Source: Octopus sinensis
Lineage: Eukaryota
DNA length: 64,000 nt
Assembly (NCBI RefSeq): GCF_006345805.1
Contig: NC_043008.1
Coordinates: 18,662,001-18,726,000 of the forward strand
Direction of reading: 5' to 3'
Of this stretch, positions 9,911-23,967 are shown piece after piece. The position numbers were made by a program, and so were the translations under genes. Positions within the stretch are counted from its first letter, which is position 1, and the number at the start of each line of letters is the position of its first letter. Under the pieces are notes generated by a model. The model did not search any database. It saw only the letters and a list, made by a program, of their open reading frames with translations, and was not told where the DNA came from.

Positions 9911-10676
9911 CAGGGTGCAGTGAATAAACTGTGGTCTAAATTACGCAAAAATGAAAATAGCACTGATATCTCATTTTAACAGATATATTTACCAAAATTA
10001 CATAGAAATAACTTGAAATACAAAAGAGTGAATTTATTCAATAAAATCGCCGTTGGCTTCAACAATGGCTTCCAGACAACTTCGATATCTTTAAGTTGGT
10101 GAATGCTGCCATAATCGTTGCCTTCAGTTCATCTTTAGTGTTACAAGGAGTTTTGTTGTTTCTCGCTCAACTGCGCCCCACACATAATAAACATAGGGAT
10201 TGTAGTCTGGGGAGTTAGGTGACCAGATGTTAGGGGTGAAGTGATCGCGGAAATTGTCTGATAACCATGATTGTGTTTGCCTGCTTGTGTGGCATGGTGA
10301 AGAGTTCTGTTGCCAGACACAGGGTCTTCAAGCAGTCACTCTCTTGACCCAGGGTAGCACTCCCTCCTCCAGGCATTTGATGTAGGCCTCCGTGTTCAGT
10401 CTCAGGCCAAGTGGAAAGATGAATGGAGGTATAATGTGGCCACCACTAGCGATCACTCCAAATACCATAATATTGACTGGATGTTTGATGTTTATCACTC
10501 CCGTTACATGTCCTCAGATTGCACTCTCCTCAGGTTGACATCCAAACACTCTGAAATATTCGTATTGGAGTTTCTGGCGCGAATGCCGAGTACTACAGGA
10601 TGTCATTTCCAAATTTCTGGCAGAGTGAATTGCGTCATGGTGCTGTTTTTCTCACAGGAGGTGCCCAAATGACCCT
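9911..10676 (-). mobile_element. Decayed maT (DD37D-like) Tc1/mariner transposon, 3' half with terminal inverted repeat
   Basis: TA|CAGGGTG end at 9909-17. Minus-strand peptide KHPVNIMVFGVI..PPFIFP.GLRLNTEAYIKCLEE.VLPWVK..WQQNSSPCHTS..WLSDNF..IWSPNSPDYNP.VYYVWGAVERE, with stops and frameshifts. Confidence 0.8.
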
Positions 10677-10787
10677 ACTATATTGTGTAGTCGAGAAAAT
10701 CAAACACACACTATACACATGAGCGAAATTAAAAATATGAAATGGCGACAATTTACCCATTGCATATTGTATATTAATTTCAAATTG

Positions 10788-10988
10788 TGGCACAAGGCCA
10801 GCAATATCGGGGGGAAGGTGAGTCGATTACATCGACCCCAGAGTTTAAGTGGTACTTAGTTTATCGACATCGAATGGATGAAAGTTATAATCAACCTCAG
10901 TTGAAATTGAACACGGAACGTGAAGACAGACGAGATGCCACTAAGCATTATGCCCAGCATGCTAACGGCTCTACCAGCTCGTAACCTT
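10788..10988 (-). mobile_element. tRNA-derived SINE, family B (diverged)
   Basis: gtcgattacatcgacccc..ggtactt..ttatcgac and a ctaagcatt..gctaac..ccagctc head. Confidence 0.7.
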
Positions 10989-11318
10989 CACTACAAAGTA
11001 TATTAATGGGATCAAAAATGTACCAGGACAACTTACTCCGACTGGCCAGTCGTGTATATTTAAACAGCATTAAGAGCTACACGAGAATAATGCATGCGTA
11101 TATGAAGAAAAATAATTCAAAATGGCCATCGGTAGGTATATCAGCACTATAGACTTATACAAGTATATCAAATACCATACATCATAAATTCTTTATTTAT
11201 TAAAATCATCTCCGGATTTACAGGATGTATCATAATAACGAAAATCACCACCTGAGAAGAAGTGCCAATATTAGCGATATTTCTCCCCTTCCTCCCCCTC
11301 TCTCTCCTTCTCTCTCTG

Positions 11319-11437
<119 letters not shown>

Positions 11438-11438
11438 A

Positions 11439-11776
11439 AGGGGTAAAGACCCCCTTCGGTCATGAATGACCATGGGATTGCACCTAGAAATTACCCCTCC
11501 TAGACACAAGTCCGGCAAGGTTGTTTATGGAAACCAGCAGTCGCCCATGCATACCAGCCTCCCCTCTCCACGCCACCAGTGTTATCCAAGGGAAAGACAA
11601 AGGTCGATACAGCTTGGCACCTGTGACGTCGCAACTCATTTCTACAGCTGAGTGAACTGGAGAAACGTGAAAATAAAGTGCCTTGCTCAAGAACACAACA
11701 CGCAGCCCGGTCCGGGATTCGAGCTCACAACCTCACGATCGTAAGCTCGACCTCTAAAACCACTGAGCCATGCGCC
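11439..11776 (-). mobile_element. tRNA-derived SINE, family C
   Basis: Minus head ggcgcatggctcagtgg (A box) ..gttgtgagctcgaatcccgg (B box). The middle segment is shared with family D. Confidence 0.85.
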
Positions 11777-11916
11777 ATATATATATATATATATGTATAT
11801 ATATATGTTTCCGCCTTGACATCCGAAAGTCGGAGTTTTATCATGGCTACCGAATAATTGTCACATATTATATTTACAGATATATATATATTTATATATG
11901 TATATATGTATGTATG

Positions 11917-11967
<51 letters not shown>

Positions 11968-12366
11968 CTATCTATCTTGCTCTGATCTCGCAGAGTAGAA
12001 AGGCTAAGTGGACGAATGCTATATTGGAAATAAGAACTCGAAACAATCAGAAGGAATAACTCTCAAGAAATTGCACCACCACCACTACCATCACCCCCAC
12101 TACCACTACCACTACCACTATTACCAGCTCGCAACGATTTTTCCCGGGAAACTTACTTCCGCCACATAATCATATTGACCATATAATTGTGAGTCACTGA
12201 CCTTAATATAAATCCAGTCACTAGCTGAACGCATCTTGTATAGGATCGAACCTAAACACCGTGAAGCAATTTATTCCCCCTACACCCTCCCTCACTACAG
12301 ACACACACTCTCTCTCTCTCTCTCTCACTTACTCCCTGTCTCTCATTCTCTCTCTCTTTGTATATA

Positions 12367-12507
12367 TAAGGTTGTCCCAAAAGTTCGTAGAAAGTCTTGG
12401 AAAATAATGGTCTTTATTTTGAGGAATAATTTTTGTTGTTTTTGTTAGTACTGGCGAGTAAAAAATTCAATTTTCGCAAGTGTTTACGAACTTTTGGGAC
12501 AACCTAA
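12367..12507. mobile_element. 141-bp mariner-type MITE
   Basis: Perfect 21-bp inverted repeats aggttgtcccaaaagttcgta (12369-89) / tacgaacttttgggacaacct (12485-505), with TA on both flanks. Confidence 0.85.
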
Positions 12508-12633
12508 TATTTTAATTGTTTGTTTATTCATACGTTTCCTCTCATTCGAATCCCTGACCCCAACGTTTGTTTGTCCCCTTTTTTTCTCAACCTTATGGGG
12601 AATAAAGAAATACTCTCTCTCTCTCTCTCCCTC

Positions 12634-12677
<44 letters not shown>

Positions 12678-13319
12678 TATCGTTTGCACACTCCCCAGTT
12701 TACGATAATCTACTCGTCTCGTTGTCTTAAAACTATTAACCATGTAGCTGTGAGTCATTAATCTTATATCCGTCCACTCAGTATCTGAAATCCGAGCATG
12801 AAGAGATGAGAGACTACTATATGCTTATAAGACTATCCAACATTCCCTTTCAACCATTTTGCGGAGCAGTACTGGCCTCGTTTTCTTCAGAGTCTTAATT
12901 ATATTGATTCTCAGCCATTGATCTTATATTTGGCTCTGAGATGAAGTACATTTAACAGTTTAACGTATTAAGGCAAAGCAGAGGCATCTATCACAAGCAT
13001 CAGCTTTATGTTACTAATCTGACAATATGAAATATGAGCATTTGAAATGTCTTTCTCTCTTCTCATTTTTGTTTATATGTTTATAACCAAACGTCGATAA
13101 ATCCACTTTACATATTCCTTAATTAATTTTATGAATGCATGTATTACAGTATCATGGTTTGAGTTGAGTTATATTACCGTCCTGTTGATCATTTTTATCG
13201 TGCTGCAGAATATCATTTGACATTCGTTGATTAAGTGTATACGTATAAGTTGCCGTCTCTTGACTTGACCTTCCGTAGACAAAGATACACACATGCGCAC
13301 GCAGAAACGAGTGACCACG

Positions 13320-13750
13320 CACACGCTCAAACACATACACACACAAACACACACATGCACCAAAACACATAAACACACACACACATACATACATACATAA
13401 ACACACGCAGACACCCATACACATACACACACAAACACACACAAACACACACATGCACACAAACACAAACCCGTACACACACACACATACATAAACACAC
13501 GGTGACTCCGAGACACATACACACACACTCGCACATACTTTCACACACACACACAAACAAACAGCAACACCGAAATATGTGTATATATATATATGCATAC
13601 GCACACATACATAAACAAACATCCAACAACATACACACATACACACACAAACACACACAAATACATACATACATACACGCACACATACACACCTAGACAC
13701 ACCTAAACAACATACACACATGCACACACAGACACACACATACATAAAGG
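13320..13750. repeat. Degenerate (CA)n-rich tract
   Basis: Low-complexity CA/CATA. The overlapping ORFs are V/C/Y repeats. Confidence 0.9.
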
Positions 13751-13990
13751 AATGCACACGAAAACAAACATATATTTATGTATGTTCTCTTGTAGTTTTA
13801 ATAGTTTTATTTATTTGTTTAATTATGGAAAGGTGTGTTAGTGACATGGCATATAGTAATCCCTCACCATATTGCGGCTCACTTATCGCGGTTTATTATT
13901 TAAACTTACGTAGATTCCTCCATGGTGTTATTTTGCATTTATAATAAAATAAATATGTACAAATTATAGAAAATAATTTTTTTTTAAAAT

Positions 13991-14388
13991 TGTGTGGTAA
14001 GCAGCTTGCTAAAGAACCACATGGTTCCGGGTTCAGTCCTACTGCGTGGCATCTTGGGCAAGTGTCTTCTACTATAGACTTGGGCCGACCAAAGCCTTGT
14101 GAGTGGATTTGATAGACGGAAACTGAAAGAAGCCAGTCGTGAATATGTACATATATATGTATATATGTACGAGTGTGTATATGTTTGTGTGTCTGCGTTT
14201 GTCCAACAGCCCCCAACATCGCCTGACAACCGATGCTGTAACTTAGCAGTTCGGCAATAGAGAGATATATAATAAATATTAGGCTTGCAAAGAATAAGTC
14301 CTGGGGTCGATTTGGTCGACTAAAGGCGGTACTCCAGCATGGCCATACTCAAATGACTGAAACAAGTAAAAGTGTAAAAGAGTAAAAG
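13991..14388 (+). mobile_element. tRNA-derived SINE, family A
   Basis: Near full-length match to 56954-57366. Confidence 0.9.
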
Positions 14389-15160
14389 ACTACAGTAGTG
14401 TTTCTACTTCGCGGATTTTCACTTACACCAGATGGTTTTGAAACGTAACACCTGCGATAGTTAAGGGAGCACTGTTCTCAGACATATGTACAATGACCCT
14501 CCAGAAACTGGTTATATACTTTTATAAACTGCACTTTCCTGTCTTCCTTTCTCAAGATTTCCTCTAACCCCTTCTATATATACCACCTCGCCTCCACACA
14601 CGCGCTTGCACGCAGGTACACACATGTACGAAAACGCCTTTGACATTACTCAAGTTCAAGGTGTGTAAATTTCGCCTTACGTCTCATTTTAAGGAAAATA
14701 CTACTCTCATGCTTTCGTCTGCCTTTCGTTGCAGTTTTTACCTTAGTAAAAGATTCTCTAAATAGTTTAGAAGTTTTTTTTCATACCTCAAGTGCAAATC
14801 AAGCTATACATTTCCGCCCAGATTGTCGTGGGGTGTACTGGAAACAGGAGCTGAATCTCCCTTAAATCACACACGCAAAATAATTTTTTGCATTGTCATA
14901 TGAATGAGTGTAAAATTTTAAAAATCGGAAAAATGTTCTGAAAATTTGAAAATAAAAAAAAAATTATGAGGGAGCTATATATTTCCGACGAAAATTTCTC
15001 TCTGATATTTTAAGATTTCTCCAATAATATCCCAAATATGAAGTCTATGTTTGCTTCTTATAGCCTTAAAGCCGCTGTCATTAATTTTTCGGAAATTCAC
15101 TGGCTGTACTCAAACTAGAAATGATAATACAGCACCAAGAGACAAAGATATGACTCATAA

Positions 15161-15385
15161 TTTCTTTTACTCCTTTACTCTTTTACTTGTTTCAGTCATT
15201 TTGACTGCGGCCATGCTGTAACATCGCCTTTAGTCGAGCAAATCGACCCCAGGACTTATTTTTTGTAATCTTAGTACTCTTTCTATCGGTCACTTTTGCC
15301 GAACTGCTAAGGAACGGGGACGTAAACACACCAGCATCGGTTGGCAAGCGATGTTGGGTGGACACACACAAAGACACACACAAAA
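15161..15385 (-). mobile_element. SINE family A, 3' half
   Basis: ttttacttgtttcagtcatt..gactgcggccatgct..cgcctttagtcgagcaaatcgacccc. Confidence 0.85.
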
Positions 15386-16949
15386 ACATATACCCACACA
15401 TGCATATATATATATATCTCAGTTCATATTGCGATTCTCCTCCATCTTTTCACAACCTCTTCAGACCCTTTAGTTAATAACCACGCAGTGGCTTCTCTTC
15501 CAGTCTCTTTAACATATTACTCTGTACTCTAATTTTATCCTTTTATTTATTTGTTTATTTAATTATTTATTTTACACAACCTTTGTTGTTATTTCTCCCT
15601 TTCACCTCATAACTCTCTATCATTTCAGGAACTGTGTTGCATTTGCTGGAGTCGTTGAAGAGATGAAACATTTCCTTATTGTTGTAATTGTTGTTGCTAT
15701 TGTCGCCACAGCCGCCGCCGCCGCTACCGCCACTGCCGCGGCCGTCGTCCTCGTTGTCATCATCCTCATCATCAACATCATACCCGAGTTTTTGTTTTGT
15801 TCAGTAAATCAAGATTCACTGTGAGTTGAATTTGATTGGAATCATTTCTGATGATTTGTTTCAAGTCTTTAATACCCCAAGGAGAAATCATCGCTCTCAT
15901 AACTTTCAATTCTCCACTGCAATTCCCATTCTCAAAATAATTTCAAAATCACCATTACCAGCTCTGGTAAAGCATAAACATTAAAAATCTCTTAATCCCC
16001 TCCCTTCTGAAAAAATATTGCGCCATTGCAACCAGTCAAAATACACGGATGTTGTTGGTTTTTGTCTTTGTATTTTATTATTCTATTCTATCATTTATTA
16101 CTGTACTATTTATCAAACATTAGAATCTGTGGTTGTCACACATCGGAGTTTGATTCCAAGTGATATGGACTGATTATTTTTAAACACTTAAAAGCGCAAC
16201 ACACAATCAGCTTCGACAAAAAAAAATTAAAATAAAAAAAATAAAAACAAGACAAAATAAAATCGACGAAATCAGAAAAAAAAATAAAATAGCGCGAGAG
16301 CAAATAGAGACATCAGTAATAATGAGGTGGTCGGTTTTTTATTTTCAAGACTATTAATGTTTTCGCATGTGGCTTTTCAACAAACCGATCGATTTCAGCT
16401 GAATTTAATTGATGAAATATTCAAACAACTCATTAGAATGAAAGTTAATTAAAGATAGTAGAAGAGTAAGATAACCATAAAAAATCAAGGTGTGAGTTAT
16501 TAGAATCGGAGACTGTATAATTAAAACATTCTTTACTGTTGCGTCGTAATTTTTTTTCTTTCTTTGACCACTACATATAACCACTTGTTTCTTTTAAGTA
16601 CATATTATCAAACAGGAGGTGTGTTTTTTTTTCCTTCATTGACACATAGTTTAAAACATTCATGTAAACGAATTATGGTGGAACAAAATAATTTACGAAT
16701 ACATAGTTTAGATTGGTGAGGTCAGTAGATAAATGTTTTATCAATATTCTCACACGCATGCAAAAGATTATCGGAATTAAAATCTGCCACCGAAGTGTAT
16801 TCGTGTAACGTTCAAAAAGGTGCGTTTTCAGGAGTGAGATATGTTTCATTGAAAAAAGATTTTGAACTGTAGATGGAAAATTACTCACATAGTGAAATCA
16901 TCTTCTGTTATTTCTCAACAACACACACGTTGAAATATATATATATATA

Positions 16950-17080
16950 TCGTGAAGTATATCTGCCACTTATATGTGGCTAACCCTTAAGGGTGGATGC
17001 TACTGTGGTTTGTAGTAAATAGGTGGCAAATATAGTCCACGATGTCGTGCAGCTACTCTTTATACCTCGCTCAGAGAATT
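16950..17080. mobile_element. Short repeat related to 51055-51290, with an inverted copy of its end
   Basis: cgtgaagtatat(c/t)tgccactta..gtggcta..c(c/t)ttaagg is shared with 51056 onward. ggtggcaaatatagtccacg at ~17022-41 is an imperfect inversion of the start. Confidence 0.6.
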
Positions 17081-17118
17081 ATATATATATAATATATATA
17101 TATATATGTATATGTATG

Positions 17119-17154
<36 letters not shown>

Positions 17155-17160
17155 TATATA

Positions 17161-17554
17161 GTGGCAGTGTGGTGAGCAGCTTGCTTCCCAACCACATAGT
17201 TCCGGGGTCAGTCCTACTGTGTAGCACCTTAGCTAAGTGTCTTCTACTAAAGCTTCGGCCCGACCAAAGCCTTGTGAGTGAATTTGGTAGACGGAAACTG
17301 AAAGAAGCCCTTCGTATATATGTATATGTATATATATTATGTGTGTATGTGTGTCTGTGTTTGTCATCTCCTCCAACATCACTTGAAAACCAATGCTAGT
17401 GTTTTTACGTCCCCGTAACTTAGCGGTTCGGCAAAACAGACCGATTGAATAAGTACTACGCTTACAAAGAATAAGTCCTGGGATCGATTTTCTCGACTAA
17501 AGGCGGTACCCCAGCATAGCCGCAGTCAAATGACTGAAACAAGTAAAAGAGTAA
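17161..17554 (+). mobile_element. tRNA-derived SINE, family A
   Basis: Near full-length match. Confidence 0.9.
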
Positions 17555-17578
17555 TATATTGATATATATATATATACA

Positions 17579-17645
<67 letters not shown>

Positions 17646-17664
17646 ATGTATGTATGTATGTATG

Positions 17665-17695
<31 letters not shown>

Positions 17696-17718
17696 GTATG
17701 TATATATATATATATATG

Positions 17719-17928
17719 TTTGTGTGTCTGTGTTTGTCCGTCCACCATCGCTTCACAGCCGATGTTGGTGTGTTTACATCCTCGTAACTTAGCGATTCCG
17801 CAAAAGAGAATGGTAGAATAGGTACAAGGCTTATAAATATGAGTCCTGGGGTGGATTTGTTCGACTAGAAGCCGGTGCTCCAGGCTGGCCGCAGAGAAAT
17901 GACTGAAACAAGTAAAAGAATAAAAGAA
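17719..17928 (+). mobile_element. SINE family A, 3' half
   Basis: cgtaacttagcg.ttc.gcaaaagag..gtcctggggt.gatttgttcgacta..aaatgactgaaacaagtaaaag. Confidence 0.85.
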
Positions 17929-17930
17929 TT

Positions 17931-17979
<49 letters not shown>

Positions 17980-18072
17980 TTATTTGCTTTTATTCATTCC
18001 ATAGCTTGATGGACATATAACAATAAATCAGCGGACATTAGAAATCTGTAGTGAGACACATATTTATCAATC

Positions 18073-18122
18073 TACCTGATGAGACCCAGACTGATGGGTT
18101 GAAACATGCTGTACCCAATAAA
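18073..18122 (+). ncRNA. Minimal hammerhead-like motif (U16.1C), followed by AATAAA
   Basis: tac-ctgatga-gaccca gactga tgggtt-gaaa-catgct-gta..aataaa. Confidence 0.55.
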
Positions 18123-18281
18123 GATTTAATGCCCAATCCATCTACCGTTAATTGATATTATTACCTTATCTGTGACTGCGGAGTTCCTGGGGTAGATCAA
18201 ACGAAAATTCACCATGGCTGCGAATGACAACAGGTAGCCTAAACTGTGCCAGAGCTATTACTATTATCATTATTATTATTA

Positions 18282-18341
<60 letters not shown>

Positions 18342-18350
18342 TTATTATTA

Positions 18351-18406
<56 letters not shown>

Positions 18407-18948
18407 GAGTGAGAGAGCAGTGCATGCCATCAAAGTGACACTGGGGTAAAATATACGAAGCCCAATATACCCATCATGACTACCCGTCTGATAAGAGTAC
18501 ACCAGGCACATGCATCACAACCATATGTGCGCGACATGGTGATCTCATATCAAGATAAACAGCACATGACCTTGCAGGTGGGACCCAGTTAGAATTTTCT
18601 TCAGGTTGAGTAGCCCATCCCGCTCAAAAGGTCCTTGAATAAGGGTTGTTTAAGGATGTTGAAAGAACCACCCATGTTTCCAGAGGTGAATTATTCAAAC
18701 CCCAAAGAATCCCTCTCAACACATGGCTATGATGCTCCCCCACTACTTCTGCTCGTGATCAGAGACGCACATATCGTCAGCCACTAAGGGACATGCTCAA
18801 CTGGTTAAGGTCAAACAACTGACAAGCAAATCTGTGGTATTGAGTAGAATATTTGCTGTAGCCCATCTTTTATACCAAGACAAAACAATGTACATGATAA
18901 CACTTCCAATCAGTTAAGATCAGAAGCCATGAGAGCCACTGCCTGGTA
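18407..18948 (-). mobile_element. ~540-bp interspersed element with an (AAT)n tail, embedded in ATT arrays
   Basis: Complex-sequence block between (ATT)n at 18258-18406 and 18960-19040. I recall it as a common Octopus repeat but the family is unassigned. Confidence 0.6.
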
Positions 18949-18986
18949 ATGCATCATCATCATTATTATTATTATTATTATTATTA

Positions 18987-19031
<45 letters not shown>

Positions 19032-19041
19032 CATTATTATT

Positions 19042-19110
19042 ATCTGCAGTGCCTTCTTTTGTTCCATGTACTTCTCAAGATTTTTTCTCACTGTTCCCAG
19101 GGTTCCAACA
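19042..19110 (-). pseudogene. R4/Dong-like LINE endonuclease C-terminal fragment
   Basis: Minus peptide VGTLGTVRKNLEKYMEQ resembles the R4/Dong IGALG.V.K.LEK.L motif. It lies within ATT repeats. Confidence 0.45.
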
Positions 19111-19219
19111 ATTATTATTAGTACTAGTAATAATAATTATTATTATCATTATTATTATTATTATCATCATCATCATATCATCATCATAATCATCATCATC
19201 ATCATCATCATTATTATTA

Positions 19220-19250
<31 letters not shown>

Positions 19251-19282
19251 TATTATTATTATTATATTATTATTATTATTAC

Positions 19283-19490
19283 TTGTGAGCTTGCAGAGAC
19301 GCTGGCATGGCGGTCGAAATGCTTAGCAGTATTTTGTCTGTTTTTACGTTCTGAGTTCAAATTCCGCCCAGGTCGACTTTGTCTTTCCTCCTTTCGGGGT
19401 CGATAAATTAAGTACCAGTTTTCTACTGGGGTCCATCTAATTGACTGTCCCCTCCTCCAACATTTCGAGCCTTGTTCCTAGAGTAGAAAA
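19283..19490 (+). mobile_element. tRNA-derived SINE, family B
   Basis: gaaatgcttagc.gtatt..tacgttctgagttcaaattccgcc..gtcgactttg. Confidence 0.88.
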
Positions 19491-19513
19491 TATTATTATT
19501 ATTATTATTATTA

Positions 19514-19559
<46 letters not shown>

Positions 19560-19564
19560 CCTTT

Positions 19565-19631
<67 letters not shown>

Positions 19632-22600
19632 CCATTTCATTATTATTATGATTATTATTATTATTATTGTTATTATTATTATGATTATTATTATTATTAT
19701 TGTTATTATTATTATTATATGTTCCTGCGAAGTTCATTTAGTCATTGGAATAGTGATATGTAGTTAGAATTAATATCTCAGAGAAATTAATTCTAATAAG
19801 ACAGTGGCTGATCTGTAAGCATAATAATGTTTGTTTCCTGGCTGTCTGTTGTTTGAACGGCGTCCAATAAATATGTTCTGCTCTGTATCCCATTGCACAC
19901 CAAAGAAGATAATATGAATAGAAAAAAGAGAACAAATACAACATAAGATATTTTAAAATGTCAGTTTGTGATTTGTTTTTATGGCAAGGGTAAAACAGCA
20001 TAAAGGAATAAACTATTCTGTAACAATTGGGTTCATTTAACCAGATAAAAAGGCATTCTCTGGCTAGATAGGATTTTCTCGACTTTAGCATTCTTGTTCT
20101 GAATCATTGTGGATCGATCGTTCGAATTCTTACCACTTTATATATGTTGTTTGGATTTTTATTTTATTTTTTAAAGATTTATTCTGACGAACATCAATCG
20201 TGTCTTGAGTTATTAATGTATTGATTGCATCATACATTTACTTTTGAAATTTCACCTCTGATATGGAGAGAGAAGAAATATATAAAAACTGTTTTTAGTT
20301 ACAGGATACATATCAATGTTATAAAATATTGTATATGATACGTATAGTGAATTAGGTTACTGTTATTATACAATTATGCATTAATATAGCAGCTACGAAT
20401 TATGCTTTAAACAGCAAAATTTAGACAGTTTATAATATTTCACAGAGTCTCACATCTACAGCCGCAACACACTAAGATATTTTCGAGTTCATTAGACGGA
20501 AGTTGCAAATAACTTAGAACTTAGTCGTATTATTAATGTTTTTCTTGCATCTTATTAACGTTTCTTGCATTTCATTATATTTCGTAAAGGCAGTATTGTC
20601 CCTTTGAGAATTTCTTCCATAGTTGGGTGCAAGATCTTATCACGTTCATGAATCTCTTCTAAAGATTTCCATAATGTAATATCTTTTATTGTGTATTCAC
20701 TTTGGTATCAATATCTGTAAAAGGTCAGAAACGTTGCAGGATAGATTATATCTGAGAGTAAAATGCTCACCGGCTCCATTTTAATTGATTCTCTCATTCA
20801 TAACCGTCATTTCTGATCATCCACCTAGAAAATATACTTTATGCGCTTTCCTTTCAATTGGACTCTACGTTCAGTTTCACACAGCTTAATGGAGCAAGTG
20901 TGAGCCAGGCGTTAAATTAAGTTGGCATGGAGGATTCGATTATAACGATAAAGGAATATTTGCATTCGATTTCTCAGCTCAAATATATTGCTGTTTTATA
21001 GACTTCTATAATAGATCCAAAGAACTCCATAATCTTTACAGTTTATGCAGAAACATTGCTTTGAAAATCATCTTGGTAGTTCAGTTGAATTATCTGTGTA
21101 ATTTCGATCTGTCCATTACGGCTTAGATAATAGTAACTAGAATTTTCAGACTGACAATTGAATTCGCTACCAACAATAAATAGCGGCTTTTATTTTATAG
21201 AATTCAAATTATACTACAGTTTTACAAAGAATGTTTATTGTGATTATAGGTTAGAAATCTTAAGTAAAATAATCGATAACTGAATTGGTGTCTTTAGAAA
21301 CTTTGCATATTGTTATTTTGTCAATTTTAATTATAGCAGTATGATATATAGTCGTGCATTTAATATCTATTTGATGCTAACCCTATACTGTCATTGTTTT
21401 CAAAAGCTAAAAGAACTTATATACGTATCAACAGCCTACATGAAGCAGCGTATTGCAAAACACATTAACTGCAAAAGCCGAAGCGCTTTCAAAAATACAC
21501 AAAATCTCTCAATACATTAAAACAAAACTCTGATGTGATTTCAAACAACAAGTTTCAGAGTATTATATAAAAGACTAAAATTTACTATACACTAAGTTTA
21601 TGGTGCAGTTAGAATTCTCAATAGAACTACTCTCAGTTTTACGGGTTACATAAATACAAAGATCAAGGTGGGATATTAACAGCCAAGGATAAATATTCAA
21701 CAGTAAATAAGGATAAAAGGAAGACCAACAAATGGAGCAATATGTTCCTAAAGCTCACTTATGACAAAATTCATTTCCCATTAATTTGCAATTCAGAAGC
21801 CGCATATTTTATGCGGATTTTTATTTTCAATTTAGCTTACTTCGTATACAAAGGTGACGTTTTCTTTTAGATAAAGTAAACAACTACACGATGCTAAACG
21901 TGTCGCAATCAACTGCAGATGTTTTGGTGAGCTTCTTATGGATCTTTATCCGGACCGCCACCCTACCACCACCACCACTACCACCACCAATACCACCACC
22001 ACCACAAGCAGCACGTGCACTTAACTCTATACCAACAGAGAGATAGTAGATCTTTTAGAAATAGTTTTATGTTTTATGCCTCTCCATTGAAAGCAGCAGG
22101 AAACGACTCATTTCAAATCCTGTAAAACGCAAATCAACCGGACAGTTATGATCCGAATCCAACTTTTTATTTTACAAACACGATGTATTAAAACGGAATT
22201 TCCAAATATGTATTCATTTATGGCACGCATAGAATAGAATAGAAACACAACACACTGTCACCACAAACTCTTCCATAAAGACATTTTACCGTATTTATGA
22301 CGAGAGAGGCGAGAAGATTCACTCAGCTTTAGAAACACTTTACTAAACAGGAGATTGGTAAACATTTTTAATCAATCAAAAAATATCAATGCTAATCCTC
22401 TAAAAAGCATGTAAGCTATGTTTAAAATATAAAAGAATATGCAGAACTATGAGGGATGATTTTGAATAGCTTACAGAAGATGTGATATCGGTGAATCCTG
22501 TCAACATAAGGGAAATGTGTAAACTTTTTCACCGACATTTGCAAATTGCGTGTTGCGTAAGCTTAGACATGTTGAATAGTGTTTGGATTAAGGCGGGATA

Positions 22601-22679
22601 TCGCTTCGTTTTATTGAGTCTACAAACAGTAGGCAAGGCGTATCCCTTCTCTCAAAACGCAATTGGTAAGATGGGGATC

Positions 22680-22716
22680 AACGTTGCTATCACCAACATC
22701 ATCATCATCACCATCG

Positions 22717-22769
<53 letters not shown>

Positions 22770-23246
22770 TATGTCACTACCATCAACGACATTGTGAATA
22801 TTGCCATCACCATCATGATAACCATCACTAACATTATCTTTAATTAAACCGTCACCAGCAGCACCATCGTCATCATCATCATCATCATTATCATCATCTA
22901 CGTCATCATCATCATCATCGTGTGAACCGGTATAGCCAGCATCGTTATCGTTATCACCCACACCGCGAACACCTCTAGCATCACCACCATCTTCACCTCT
23001 ACCAACGTCGTTATCATCATCATCATCATCACCTTCATCATCATCATCATCATCATCGTCATCACCATCATCATCGTCATCACTATCATCATCATTATCA
23101 GCAGCAACAACAGAAGCATCGTCCTTGCAGTCGTCGTCATCACTATCATCATCATCATAATCATTATTATAATCAGCAGCATCGTCGTCGTCGTCATCAT
23201 GGTTAACATCATATTCATCATCATCATCATCATCATCATCATACAT
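22680..23246. repeat. Degenerate (CAT)n trinucleotide tract
   Basis: Source of the poly-D/poly-M/poly-I ORFs. Confidence 0.92.
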
Positions 23247-23411
23247 AGTTTCCTAATCACCGTAAACGAGCACAACGTACGCTGCTAAAATAGACGTTCA
23301 CACCTGTATGGTTAATTGCCATAGAACCAACTTTGCACCTTTTCTCTTGACAGCACAGTTTCTATCAGAGGAAGTTTGTAAGTAGCCATCTTATTTACAG
23401 TATTCTGTTAT

Positions 23412-23586
23412 TCTTTTATTTGTTTCAGTAATTTGACTGCGACCATGCTGGAGCACCGCCTATAATTCGAACAAATCGACCTCAGGACTTATTGTTTGTA
23501 AGCCAAGCACTTATTCTATCGGCCTCTTTTGCTGAACCGCTAGGTCGTGAAGCGATGCTGGGAGACAAACTCAGAGACGCAAACAT
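23412..23586 (-). mobile_element. SINE family A, 3' part with internal deletion
   Basis: gaccatgctggagcaccgcc..ttattctatcggcctcttttgctgaaccgc. Confidence 0.8.
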
Positions 23587-23747
23587 ATATATGATAATAT
23601 ATATCATATATATATATGGGTACAGGACGTCAAAAACAGTAAACAACATGAAATATGAAAACAAATGGAAGACAGGACAAGTAACATAAAGAATGACCCT
23701 TCATCAGTTGTTGACTGCCTATCTACTCCTCATTTCTAGCATTCAAC

Positions 23748-23789
<42 letters not shown>

Positions 23790-23833
23790 GTATGTATGTA
23801 TGTATATTATATATATATGTATATGTATGTATG

Positions 23834-23875
<42 letters not shown>

Positions 23876-23891
23876 CATACACACACGCACA

Positions 23892-23955
<64 letters not shown>

Positions 23956-23967
23956 ATGCGTATATAT

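Noticed and set aside
13152-13757. 201-aa Val/Cys-rich ORF
   Set aside because: Translation of a (TG)n-rich tract.
22620-23246. 208-aa Asp-rich ORF (and overlapping poly-M/poly-I ORFs)
   Set aside because: Translation of a degenerate (CAT)n tract. There is no splice or homology evidence, although acidic biomineral proteins can look similar.
23610-23750. Hammerhead in the repeat shared with ~62220-62300
   Set aside because: CUGAUGA is present on the minus strand (23701-07), but I could not build GAAA with stems I-III in any topology.
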